From the IMG/VR virus record IMGVR_UViG_3300030397_000812, positions 286 to 64,285 of that record: a DNA stretch of 64,000 bases; one strand, 5' to 3'. Origin of the DNA: a virus. The position numbers and the translations under genes are program-made. The notes under the pieces were generated by a model, which made no database searches, was not told where the DNA came from, and saw only the letters and a program-made list of their open reading frames with translations. Shown in pieces: positions 53,941 through 62,988 of the stretch (position 1 is its first letter; each line of letters starts with the position of its first letter).

Positions 53941-55281
53941 TTATTGAGGATAAGATCGTTTGATAATTTTCGCTCCCTTAAGGGATGAAACCTTAGTTGG
54001 ATCCAGTTTTTCAACTGGCTTCTTCTGTTTTCCATCTCCCTCCGGGTTTTTTGGCTTCTTATTCCGGTTTTTTAAGTTCTTCTTGACTGTCTTCCTTCCA
54101 CCTTCAGCTTCAGAATTACTAATCAATTTCTCTAAAAAACCATCCTTATCAGTCAAAAACGCCATTGTTTGGACGTCGAAGTTACCTTCTTTATCCTGAA
54201 ACAAAGACAAATCACTGGTCTTTTCAAGCAATTGTGAAATCTTTTTCGGAGAGACTTTCAGCGTCACGCTGGTGTCCTCATTTATTTTCACGGTCATTTT
54301 GCCATCTTTGACCTCTTTCCGAAGAGCAAATCCAAGCTTATTTTTAGCGGCTTCCTTGGCTTTAGCGTCTGCTTTAGCCTGCCTTTCTGCCGCCTCTTTA
54401 GCTTCAGATCCGTCCCGATCCTTAGGAAGCTTTAGTTTAGCTTGCTCATCTTTAAGTTCTTGTCTGAGAACAGCAGCATCTTTCTTGAGCTTGATTTTTG
54501 CAATTTTAGCAACGCTCTCATCCTCATCGTCGATTTTGTATTTTGACAATACTTCATCATCAAAAAGGATAGCCAACTCATCCTCAGGTAAATTGAGTGA
54601 GGCGTTTTCACTTCTGTGAGCCTCTCTCATTATTTCTAGATCCGAAAACTTGTCGACATCAATCTGGGTAGCCTGGAGATAAGGAAGTAGCGTTCCATTT
54701 TCCTGGTAGTATTCCAGCATGCCTTTAAGGTCCGGATTTTCTTTCAAAAAGTCAATATGGTCCTTGAGGTCATCAAGGGTTTCGAACTCTCCTTCTGAGA
54801 ATTCTACAACGTTGAATTCTTCTGAGTCATCATCATCTGAGTCATCATCATCTGAGTCATCATCATCTGAATCATCATCATCTGAGTCATCTAGGTCCCC
54901 GTCATCATCATCTGAGTCATCATCATCTGAGTCATCATCATCTGAGTCATCTAGGTCCCCGTCATCATCATCTGAGTCATCATCATCTGAGTCATCATCA
55001 TCTGAGTCATCATCATCTGAGTCATCATCATCTGAGTCATCTAGGTCCCCGTCATCATCATCTGAGTCATCATCATCTGAGTCATCATCATCTGAGTCAT
55101 CTAGGTCCCCGTCATCATCATCTGAGTCATCATCAGAGTCTTCTTTCGGTTTTTCGAATTCGATAGTTTCATCAGAAAACTCGGATTCCCCTGGTCTCTT
55201 GATTTTGAAATTAATCTTCTGGGTTTCGGTTTCTTTGACTTCAGCTTCTTTGGACTCTTCTTGTTTTTCCTCGATAGGCAT
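53941..55281 (-). CDS. Acidic scaffolding-like protein with Asp-rich repeat tract
   Basis: Between portal and MCP; ~105-aa (DDDSD)n tract then helical domain and basic C-terminus. Confidence 0.7.
   Translation of the reverse strand: MPIEEKQEESKEAEVKETETQKINFKIKRPGESEFSDETIEFEKPKEDSDDDSDDDDGDLDDSDDDDSDDDDSDDDDGDLDDSDDDDSDDDDSDDDDSDDDDSDDDDGDLDDSDDDDSDDDDSDDDDGDLDDSDDDDSDDDDSDDDDSDDDDSEEFNVVEFSEGEFETLDDLKDHIDFLKENPDLKGMLEYYQENGTLLPYLQATQIDVDKFSDLEIMREAHRSENASLNLPEDELAILFDDEVLSKYKIDDEDESVAKIAKIKLKKDAAVLRQELKDEQAKLKLPKDRDGSEAKEAAERQAKADAKAKEAAKNKLGFALRKEVKDGKMTVKINEDTSVTLKVSPKKISQLLEKTSDLSLFQDKEGNFDVQTMAFLTDKDGFLEKLISNSEAEGGRKTVKKNLKNRNKKPKNPEGDGKQKKPVEKLDPTKVSSLKGAKIIKRSYPQ
54821..55135. repeat. 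315-bp coding minisatellite with higher-order structure
   Basis: 15-bp unit TCTGAGTCATCATCA (13x) and 30-bp variant (4x) arranged [A4 B A2 B]x2 + A. Confidence 0.95.
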
Positions 55282-55333
55282 AACGCGTACGGTTTAGGTT
55301 ATTAATCTCTGTCAATAAGACAGGTTGTCACGA

Positions 55334-55341
55334 CAAAAGTA
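55334..55341 (-). promoter_or_regulatory. -7 box TACTTTTG (scaffold/MCP operon)
   Basis: Intergenic between portal and scaffold genes. Confidence 0.6.
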
Positions 55342-55363
55342 CGCAAAAGAAATTAAAGAGCGC

Positions 55364-57634
55364 CTAGTCTTGTTTTTCTGAATCAGAGTCTTTATCTTCG
55401 CTCTCCTTCTTATCAGCAAGTTCTGCCACCTTTGTTTCATTCATTCGCTGAGACTCTCGGTCCCTGGCGTCGGCGTTAATTTTCTGTTCATTGATCTTAC
55501 CTTGAGACTTCATCATCTCAATTCTCATCTCCCACTGCTTTTCTCTATCGATGAGACCGGCTTTTATCTTAGCCTCCATTTGCAGTGTTTGCTGCTTAGC
55601 TGCCTCCGCCTCTTTCGCAGCTTTAGAATTTGCTTCAGCCTGATCTTTGATGTGTTGTTGTTGCCTATTTCTAGCCTCCTCTAAATTCTTCTCAACGATG
55701 TATCCAAGGTACATTAAGGCGTGTTTCTTGTTATCAATTTGCTCAAGAAAGGCTCTTTGTGCAACTGTAATTTGAGCGGCTGACCCTTCAGGTGTGGCGG
55801 CGGCTATTTCGAGCGCTCTATTGAATCTTTCTTCCTCCTCCATAGTGGGCTTATGGACAAAATACAGCCCGAGAGAACGCATTGAGTGGTCCTTTGTGAT
55901 TTTGAAGAAGTTAACAGAATTTGTTCCGACTGCTGGCGCATAAAATTCAATTTCATCATCCTCCGCCTGATCTTGAATTCTCATTATAATGTTCTCAGAC
56001 ATGGAGAGTTCATTCAACTGAACTGCATCGTGAATGTGTTTCAATGCATTGTTTGTTGAAGCAGCTGCTTGCTGAGCAACGCTTTTCAGTGTTCGGGGGT
56101 TTGGAGAGGAGCCGTCGACTAGGTCATTTAAGCCAGTGATGGACCGAAGCAGGTTTTCGTAATACGCTATGAGCTCCATGAATTCCTGACCCTCCTTACC
56201 TAAGCCGCCTTGAAGTTCGGTTATTGGAAGAGAGTGTCTATTGCCGTCCTCATCAACAGCTCGAATGGCTATATTACCCTTAGTGTTGTAGGTGAGAATG
56301 TTTTCCTCCGGCTCCATTCCTCCTTCACCAAAAGATACGGCTTCCAGGGCTGTCAAGTCATAAGCGATCCCGGAAGGTCTTGCGGCTAAGATTGCGCCCT
56401 GGAGTTTCACCCAGGCAATTTGCATGGCATCAATGATCGGAACAACTTGTGTGCCAATCGAGTTGATTGCCATGTGGTTCATCTCAGGAGCATTGATGCT
56501 GTAGGTTGTCTTAGCAACTTTCACGTCATCTGGATCCCTAAGAACAAATTCCTTTCTTTTCAATCCAAAAAATACATCTGTTCCCAGAATGTTCCACCCC
56601 TCATAGACGATGTCATACTCAGCATCCATGAATTCCTTATTCTTCTTCCCGGAAGACTCCCTACCGAAAACCTTTCTACCATCCTTCGTGACTCTTAACT
56701 CGTAAGTCTCTGATTCCCCGGAAATAAACTCGCAGTACACGCAATTTAACATCGAGGAGGTTAAATCCTGATCCTCCTTTAAGGCGTCTTTCTTTTCCTG
56801 ATACTCTCGAGTTTCTGGATGACGATTTTCCATCAACTTCTCGATTTCCCTAACCGCGTCTTTATCCCTATCATCCAGGCACAGCCTGTAGATTTCAGCT
56901 GGAGTCATCCTCTTAACTTCACCGGCAAATTCCAGGTCTGAAAAATCATTCTCCTCAGAATAGGCGCTCCAGAAAAACTCTGGATCAATGTACTCAGCCC
57001 ATATAGTGCCATCCTGCTCCTCCCAGTCCCTGGTAATGCACACGCCAAGATCGTAAAGGTCCTCAACTAATTTCTTGTAAGTTTTCTGGTCGTACTTATT
57101 TCTGTTCTTGATTAGTTTAAGTATTGTTTCAAACTCGACAGCTGAAATGTGCTTAAAGGAATACTCCATGAACATTTCCAACTCTTTCTGATCTGCCGGA
57201 ATGTCATCAGGTAATCCCACCTCAGAAGGATTGACTCCCTGCTCCAATAATTTATCGCGGAGAATAATATCTGACATTTTACCAGCGAAGAAATCCTCCT
57301 TTTCTTCCATTGCCAACGCATCAAGCATCTCAATAGCCATCTCCTCCTTCATCGCCATGATTATCTGGATTGCGATCCTTCTGTACTTGGAATGAATATC
57401 GAGCATCCTCCAGTTAATCTTTGCACTGGAGTCGTCTGCGTTTGCTAAATCATCGGGGATGACGATCTTCTGGTAACGAACCGGTGAGACCGTGCCGTTC
57501 ATGTACTGCCGAATCTCAGCAATATTTTCTTTATCTCGATAAAAGAACCTGTTTTTTGATCCAGAAAATCCCTCCCACGCAGATTTCATGAAGGTCTCTA
57601 CGTATTCTCTTTCTTTCTTAGGCAGTGCTGGCAT
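55364..57634 (-). CDS. Portal protein (crAss-like)
   Basis: 756 aa, follows TerL; KINWRMLDIHSKY, TGLNDLVDGS, NNALKHI, Q/E-rich barrel tail. Confidence 0.85.
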   Translation of the reverse strand: MPALPKKEREYVETFMKSAWEGFSGSKNRFFYRDKENIAEIRQYMNGTVSPVRYQKIVIPDDLANADDSSAKINWRMLDIHSKYRRIAIQIIMAMKEEMAIEMLDALAMEEKEDFFAGKMSDIILRDKLLEQGVNPSEVGLPDDIPADQKELEMFMEYSFKHISAVEFETILKLIKNRNKYDQKTYKKLVEDLYDLGVCITRDWEEQDGTIWAEYIDPEFFWSAYSEENDFSDLEFAGEVKRMTPAEIYRLCLDDRDKDAVREIEKLMENRHPETREYQEKKDALKEDQDLTSSMLNCVYCEFISGESETYELRVTKDGRKVFGRESSGKKNKEFMDAEYDIVYEGWNILGTDVFFGLKRKEFVLRDPDDVKVAKTTYSINAPEMNHMAINSIGTQVVPIIDAMQIAWVKLQGAILAARPSGIAYDLTALEAVSFGEGGMEPEENILTYNTKGNIAIRAVDEDGNRHSLPITELQGGLGKEGQEFMELIAYYENLLRSITGLNDLVDGSSPNPRTLKSVAQQAAASTNNALKHIHDAVQLNELSMSENIIMRIQDQAEDDEIEFYAPAVGTNSVNFFKITKDHSMRSLGLYFVHKPTMEEEERFNRALEIAAATPEGSAAQITVAQRAFLEQIDNKKHALMYLGYIVEKNLEEARNRQQQHIKDQAEANSKAAKEAEAAKQQTLQMEAKIKAGLIDREKQWEMRIEMMKSQGKINEQKINADARDRESQRMNETKVAELADKKESEDKDSDSEKQD

Positions 57635-57656
57635 TTCTCATCTCGAGTTTGTGTAG

Positions 57657-57664
57657 CAAAGATA
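57657..57664 (-). promoter_or_regulatory. -7 box TATCTTTG (portal)
   Basis: Intergenic, 22 nt before ATG 57634. Confidence 0.6.
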
Positions 57665-57672
57665 GGGAAAAT

Positions 57673-60168
57673 TCACAAATGCTTTGAAATCACGTTCCTT
57701 ACGTGATTTCTCCTTCTATCGTCCTTATCTAAGTGATCTGGCTTCTTTTGGAACTTTTTACCAAGCCTGTTTGCAATAAGTATTGCCCACCCGGAACCCA
57801 TGGCAGCATCAAAAGCAGTAGAATCCTCAAGTGAAAATTGATTCCAGTCGTCAAGGAGATTTGGGAACACTACGTTTTCCACGTAGTTGGCAATATAGTC
57901 CTCTGTAGTCTCGGCAAGAGACTGCTTGTTTTTTGGAGACCCGGCAATACCGTCTTTTCCATCCACTTTTTGAATGAATCCGGTGTAACCATTTCGCTCA
58001 AAATAAGAGATAGCTCCAGGTTTGTTGTTCTCAATGATTGCTGGGGTGCCGAAGAAGACGCATTGCTTCAATAGATCCTCAGCCATCAAATCTGCGGAAG
58101 GTTGCCGGTAGATATACTCGCACAAAAACGTGTTGTCAAACTCTTCGTTCATCGGGTCGTGCCGCTGAAGAGTGTAGAAGGCTGCATTGGAAGCTTGCTG
58201 CTCGTCCTTCAGATTCTTCCGGCTGTGATCGAATGTGTCTGCGCCGGTAAGAGAGGTGTTGTTGGATATTGGTCTATAAACCTCCCCGATCTTCTCCCAG
58301 TTATTTATTAAACCGGATTCCGGCTCCATGGCTTTCTCCAGCCATTTAGCATGAATTAGCCACTTACCATTAAAGTTTTCCTTGAATTCCACGTCAGACC
58401 CAATACCATCAATCCAGTGAAGATTCCCCCTCACAAACCACTCTTTCTCTTCTTTTGTTGCTAGGAGTTTCATTTGATTCACTAGCTTCAGGGAATCATA
58501 AATACACTCGTCATTTATGCTATAAAACGCCTCGTCGATCGTCCATGGGTTTTTCCTGATGTACTCAGCTAGTTGTTTCGGCGACGAAGCTAGAGCGTTT
58601 CTCTCTTTCTGCATTGCGTCTTTAGCGGCAACACTGTCGCAAATTCCGTATTTATCAATGAAGTCAGCGTCGTTCTTGTGAGCTGGAGTGAATAAGCGGT
58701 ACAATCCAGATCTGGTTCGAAAAGTATCCGGGTCTTTTTCCTGAAAACCGGAATCATTCCATAGTCTTTTGAAAGGAACAGACCCCCCCTCCTCAATCGT
58801 TGTGGTGTATAGGGCTTTGCCGACAATAGTCCGGGTACCCACTTTCAAGCACTCTTTCACAACGCCCCATCCAACATGAATGTCGGCAAGAAGAGTTTTT
58901 CCGCAATTATGCACAATCAACCCACTAGCCAGCCTGATCCTTTGGTTGCCCTCGGTTTTAATTGAGAAGTACTTTCCGTTTCCAACCTCCTCAACGGAAA
59001 AACAATCAACATCACTGGACTCACCAAAAAACATAACCAGATGTTTTTGCTGGCTTTTAGTAAGGGATAGGTATTCATTAACCGGCATCTCAATAATCTC
59101 TCCAAAAGATTTTCCCTTAAATTTCTGATCCCTGCGAGCCCATTTCATTACAAGTATGTGGTCTCCATTACATGTCCATGAATTTGACTTATTCATTTTG
59201 ATCCGATACATTTTATCTTCTCCGGAATGGACATGAGAAACCCTTCTTGGAGTTCCGTCATCACCCATTAAATAATCGCCAACTTCAATATCTTTTGCCG
59301 ATATAGAGAATCCATCGCTCTTTAGCAACTCCACCTCACCGCCAAAACACTCATCTCTCAGGTACCTGATTTGCCTAGTCCCGTCCGGAGCTAAGATCTC
59401 ATATGACTCGAAGTTTATCTCGCTACCCAGCTCGACGTCTGGAGATTCGTAATCAGCAGCTCTCGATGATTTCTCCTGGAAAATCAATTTGTTTTTCGGG
59501 CGAGTACCCCCGGAGGTGTCAAATAGTGGAACGAAGAAATCAGGTAAAGACTTGAATCCATTTATCAGTTTTGAAAAAACTTTGGCGGCGTCCGGTTTAG
59601 TTTTAGATTGTATGGTGGAGAACATGTCGGTGCCGAGCGTTCTGGATGGGAATTCGTAATGAACTATCGTTGATCGAAAAGTCTTCCCGGATCGTCTACG
59701 AGCGGCTTCAATTAAACCAAACGAATCAGGGTCCCCTTCACAATAGGACCAGCAGTAAAAAAACTGCCTATCGGAATCCCGGTAATGAGGATAACCAATG
59801 TCAATTCTCCACCATGTCAGGTAAATGTAGTGTGTGCCGGTTATGAACGTAGGTTTCCCATTATTCATGAACCAGAATCCGTTCATTCGGCGAAACCACT
59901 CCCTCTCCCTAAAAGCCTCTAGCTCGGCGTCCACGTACAGTGGATTTCTTTTCTGCTTTTCCCTCTCCTGTTTTCGAAGACGGTTATAATCGATATTGAT
60001 AGGTCTCTCCCAATACTGGTCCTCCTTAATCTCAGACCTTTGATAAATTTCGGTTGTGATCCATTTCCCCTCTAGGAAATCCCATACCATTCCAACCGGA
60101 GGGACGTTTACCGTCATCTCATAAACCTCCTCTTTCGTTCCTTTCTCGTGTTCGTAAAAGCAAATCAT
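57673..60168 (-). CDS. terL: Terminase large subunit (intein-containing)
   Basis: Walker A RRRSGKT, Walker B YLRDE, nuclease GADTFD and DAAMGSG. Confidence 0.93.
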   Translation of the reverse strand: MICFYEHEKGTKEEVYEMTVNVPPVGMVWDFLEGKWITTEIYQRSEIKEDQYWERPINIDYNRLRKQEREKQKRNPLYVDAELEAFREREWFRRMNGFWFMNNGKPTFITGTHYIYLTWWRIDIGYPHYRDSDRQFFYCWSYCEGDPDSFGLIEAARRRSGKTFRSTIVHYEFPSRTLGTDMFSTIQSKTKPDAAKVFSKLINGFKSLPDFFVPLFDTSGGTRPKNKLIFQEKSSRAADYESPDVELGSEINFESYEILAPDGTRQIRYLRDECFGGEVELLKSDGFSISAKDIEVGDYLMGDDGTPRRVSHVHSGEDKMYRIKMNKSNSWTCNGDHILVMKWARRDQKFKGKSFGEIIEMPVNEYLSLTKSQQKHLVMFFGESSDVDCFSVEEVGNGKYFSIKTEGNQRIRLASGLIVHNCGKTLLADIHVGWGVVKECLKVGTRTIVGKALYTTTIEEGGSVPFKRLWNDSGFQEKDPDTFRTRSGLYRLFTPAHKNDADFIDKYGICDSVAAKDAMQKERNALASSPKQLAEYIRKNPWTIDEAFYSINDECIYDSLKLVNQMKLLATKEEKEWFVRGNLHWIDGIGSDVEFKENFNGKWLIHAKWLEKAMEPESGLINNWEKIGEVYRPISNNTSLTGADTFDHSRKNLKDEQQASNAAFYTLQRHDPMNEEFDNTFLCEYIYRQPSADLMAEDLLKQCVFFGTPAIIENNKPGAISYFERNGYTGFIQKVDGKDGIAGSPKNKQSLAETTEDYIANYVENVVFPNLLDDWNQFSLEDSTAFDAAMGSGWAILIANRLGKKFQKKPDHLDKDDRRRNHVRNVISKHL
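58906..59349 (-). mobile_element. Mini-intein (148 aa) in TerL
   Basis: Starts C-FGGEV after DE; block B TCNGDHIL; ends VHN followed by Cys+1 (CGKT); no endonuclease domain. Confidence 0.92.
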
Positions 60169-60821
60169 CTCAGTATGGTTCCCGGTTTCTTTATCTCAAT
60201 GATCGCGATTTGTTCTGGCGTCACTTTCCTTCCATACTCAATCTCCATGGTCTGCTCGTAAGCCACTTGGTCTTCCTTCCATATCTCAGCCTTATACTTC
60301 GTGCAGAGATCTAGTATAGCGTCTTGCTTTGTTAAAAGCTCGGTCTTTGTTTTAAAGTGATCAATCTTCTGTTTGTCGTCTTTGAATTCAGTTAATTCTT
60401 CGCGAAGCACATGTTGAAGCTCATATAGGACCTGTTCATTGGAAATTAAAGCAGACAGTTCAATGTTGTATTGATACTTTATGAAAGAGGTAACCGAACG
60501 GGCGAGGAATACATTTTTCAAAAGAAAGAGATCGTCAAGTCTATCGTTTAAAATATCGAAACCAGCAAGTGAAGCGGCTTTCTTTTTACGAGCGACAATG
60601 TCGGGATCTGTCATCCATAAAGGGGAGCCCTTGTCATAAAGGAATAAGACGAATTTGATTTGACAAGCCATGTAGTGCTCGTCCTGGTAAGCGGACCCTA
60701 ATATTCCAGATTTTCCAGCTAATACATTGAAGAGCTTTCCTTCTCTAGCTTGCTCAATAAGTTCCTGGTCAGATAGACCGACAGGATTGAATATTAATCC
60801 CTTGAATTGATTTTTGTCCAT
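60165..60821 (-). CDS. Terminase-adjacent protein (small subunit candidate)
   Basis: ATGA-coupled to TerL; FLYDKGSP...RKKKAA motif; helical. Confidence 0.55.
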   Translation of the reverse strand: MDKNQFKGLIFNPVGLSDQELIEQAREGKLFNVLAGKSGILGSAYQDEHYMACQIKFVLFLYDKGSPLWMTDPDIVARKKKAASLAGFDILNDRLDDLFLLKNVFLARSVTSFIKYQYNIELSALISNEQVLYELQHVLREELTEFKDDKQKIDHFKTKTELLTKQDAILDLCTKYKAEIWKEDQVAYEQTMEIEYGRKVTPEQIAIIEIKKPGTILR

Positions 60822-60894
60822 ATCCTCCTAATTAAAGGGTGCTAATACCCGGTTACGTCACGAGATCGTGAGAAGCTTTACCGGATATATATGG

Positions 60895-60902
60895 CAAATC
60901 TA
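60895..60902 (-). promoter_or_regulatory. -7 box TAGATTTG (packaging operon)
   Basis: Start of the intergenic gap before 60821. Confidence 0.5.
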
Positions 60903-61226
60903 TTACTTTTCTGGGATACCAATGATGTGATCGAATCCGCGGAGCTTCGCCATCCACTTATCCCTTAAGGCAGTGGCGCAAGATATTTTCTCTTCCCTAC
61001 GATCCGACTCAGGCTCGAGCATTAGTTTTGAAATATAGTGACCCAACTCATTAACTCGACGGGCAGCAAATTTTACTGAGGCATATTCTAAGGGAGTGTT
61101 AATCTCCACTGTCCACCTCTTTAAATGAAGCGTAATTAAAGTCTTTCGCGAGCACAATGTCCCTCTCAAAATCTTGCCAAGCATAACAGGCACCCATGAA
61201 GGAATCAACCTTTCTCTTAAGATCAT
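60903..61226 (-). CDS. Hypothetical protein
   Basis: True start probably near 61110 (GTG); operon context. Confidence 0.5.
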   Translation of the reverse strand: MILRERLIPSWVPVMLGKILRGTLCSRKTLITLHLKRWTVEINTPLEYASVKFAARRVNELGHYISKLMLEPESDRREEKISCATALRDKWMAKLRGFDHIIGIPEK

Positions 61227-61689
61227 CTAGGGTTCCATTGTTTACAATGACGCAATCGGCGTCCGCGATCGTAATATTGAATGAGTCAGCGGATTCCTCT
61301 TCAAATCCTGGTCGATACACCCAGATCACATAATCGAATAAACCCTTTTCTTTACAAGATTCAATCTCGTCCCAATTCCTCATGCCAACATACATATCGG
61401 AGTCTTTGAGAATCTCCCCAGCAAGACGGGACTTATCTGGCGTGTTGTATGCGGTGATTTCTTCAAACCATAGAGCGCGGTTATCATGCCGGTCCTCGTA
61501 CGCCTCTTCAATGGTTTTATATTTAAACCCATGCTCTTTATTTAGCTTATCAAAGAGGAAGATTTCTAGAGAAGCTATAGAAGAGGATTTGAATTCGTAT
61601 CCCCAGTTGTCTCGGAACATTTCAGCCACAGCATCCTTTCCATGCTGCTTATGACCTATGATTAGTAATTTCGGCTTTGTGTTTTTCAT
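61099..61689 (-). CDS. Deoxynucleoside monophosphate kinase-like P-loop protein
   Basis: LIIGHKQHGKD, YVGMRNWDE, DYVIWV, VIVNNGTLDDL. Confidence 0.8.
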   Translation of the reverse strand: MKNTKPKLLIIGHKQHGKDAVAEMFRDNWGYEFKSSSIASLEIFLFDKLNKEHGFKYKTIEEAYEDRHDNRALWFEEITAYNTPDKSRLAGEILKDSDMYVGMRNWDEIESCKEKGLFDYVIWVYRPGFEEESADSFNITIADADCVIVNNGTLDDLKRKVDSFMGACYAWQDFERDIVLAKDFNYASFKEVDSGD

Positions 61690-61982
61690 ATCAAAATTCC
61701 AAGCACTTGTTCCTCTCTTAAAATTAGGTATTCAACGTCATCGATCGTAATAAGGGATCCGGCGCCAAGCATGTGCTTAATCCTGACGCCCTCTACCAAA
61801 ATATCCTCACAATCCGGACCAACCGCCGCCACGACCGCCTCATCGCTTTTTGGGCGGGCTGATCCAGGAATGATTACACCAGACTCCGTTCTCTCTTCTG
61901 GCTTATCTGCGATAACAAGAACTCGGTCTGATGTTGGTTCAAAGTTAACCATGTTCTGGTTGGTCATTAATGGGATGAACAA
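61686..61982 (-). CDS. groES: GroES co-chaperonin
   Basis: PTSDRVLV...EERTESGVIIPG...VAAVGP...YLILREEQVLGIL. Confidence 0.92.
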   Translation of the reverse strand: MFIPLMTNQNMVNFEPTSDRVLVIADKPEERTESGVIIPGSARPKSDEAVVAAVGPDCEDILVEGVRIKHMLGAGSLITIDDVEYLILREEQVLGILI

Positions 61983-62184
61983 CTCCCCATTCTTCAGAAA
62001 ACAACTCGATCATTGTCTCTTTCCATGGTACATTACCAAAACGACTCGAAACGTACAAGTACGGGGCGGTCATTTTACTGTTCTCATCAGGAAATTGAGC
62101 CAGAATAATTACATCTGGACTCCAAGATGGCAATCTCATTCCCATTCCTTGTTTTACTTGCTCGAAAGCTTCTCCGAAGTTCAT
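61945..62184 (-). CDS. tad2: DUF2829 / Tad2-like anti-defence sponge protein
   Basis: MNFGEAFEQVKQG...RLPSW...PYLY...VPW...ELFSEEW fits the DUF2829 pattern (FGxAxxALKxG..R..W...PW..SQ.D.LA.DW). Confidence 0.75.
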   Translation of the reverse strand: MNFGEAFEQVKQGMGMRLPSWSPDVIILAQFPDENSKMTAPYLYVSSRFGNVPWKETMIELFSEEWGVVHPINDQPEHG

Positions 62185-62190
62185 ATTATT

Positions 62191-62406
62191 TTACGTTAGT
62201 GCATCTCTTAATTTACATTGATTTTCACAGTCCCTGTGCTTATAAGGAGCGTCCAACTTCTTAAAACACATCATACCCCAATAGAAGAACATCGTTAGCG
62301 TCGATGTACCAATAATGAATCCTAAAAGTGTTCCACAAAATATTGCGAGGATTATTGGACCAATTACTATGGCTCTAATGAAATAGGGGTTCTTGAAATA
62401 TTTCAT
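62191..62406 (-). CDS. Small membrane protein
   Basis: Two hydrophobic segments. Confidence 0.6.
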   Translation of the reverse strand: MKYFKNPYFIRAIVIGPIILAIFCGTLLGFIIGTSTLTMFFYWGMMCFKKLDAPYKHRDCENQCKLRDALT

Positions 62407-62532
62407 ATTTGATGATAAATGAACACTGCGGCTAAAATGGCAACTATTGCAAGCGCAATTTTTCCGAGCGTTTCTCTTTCAATATTCAAATTTAGTTCGT
62501 TTTAATGACAATTCCAAATCAGTGATGGCTGT

Positions 62533-62988
62533 TTAGTAATCTCCCTCTCGGACCTGAAGACATGTCAGTCCATGGTCTCTCCAAGCCGCTGTCACCTGAT
62601 TCCGGTCCTCTAGGCAAAAAGCAATGTCTGAGAAATTCATCTTCCTTGTCAGTAGGTATTTCTTGAGCATTTCCGGCTTCACCTCATAATCTGGTCTGTA
62701 GTCAGTTAATGGTCTCATAATAAGTGGACCAAAGAGATGCCATTTATCTAGCCAATCCTGGGTTTTGTTTCTGATACACTCATTTCTACCGGTGCAGAAG
62801 ATTAATTCGTAATCAGGGGACCCGCTGAGATCTTGTACGAGTTCTAAAACGTTGGGCACCGGATCATCATCATAGGATGCCTCATGGAATTTATCCCAAT
62901 CGATCGGCTTGCTATTCAGGATCTCTAGCCGCTCTTCTGGAATCTCAGCAATGGTGCCGTCTATGTCTACGATTATTAGTTTTTTCAT
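62533..62988 (-). CDS. HAD phosphatase, T4 Pnk 3'-phosphatase-like domain
   Basis: DIDGT, FCTGR, LIMRP..DYRPDYEVK, LEDRNQV..AWR..GL.CLQV..GDY. Confidence 0.88.
   Translation of the reverse strand: MKKLIIVDIDGTIAEIPEERLEILNSKPIDWDKFHEASYDDDPVPNVLELVQDLSGSPDYELIFCTGRNECIRNKTQDWLDKWHLFGPLIMRPLTDYRPDYEVKPEMLKKYLLTRKMNFSDIAFCLEDRNQVTAAWRDHGLTCLQVREGDY

Noticed and set aside
54821-55135. CRISPR-like array
   Set aside because: Tandem units without unique spacers, in frame within a protein gene; no cas genes.
54719-55297. Poly-Ser ORF on the + strand
   Set aside because: Antisense shadow of the Asp-rich repeat in the - strand gene.
950-62199. Numerous short opposite-strand or alternate-frame ORFs in the track (e.g. 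5141-5596, 14617-14964, 16992-17432, 19727-20143, 61771-62199)
   Set aside because: They overlap well-supported genes, lack motifs and break the two-arm strand organisation.
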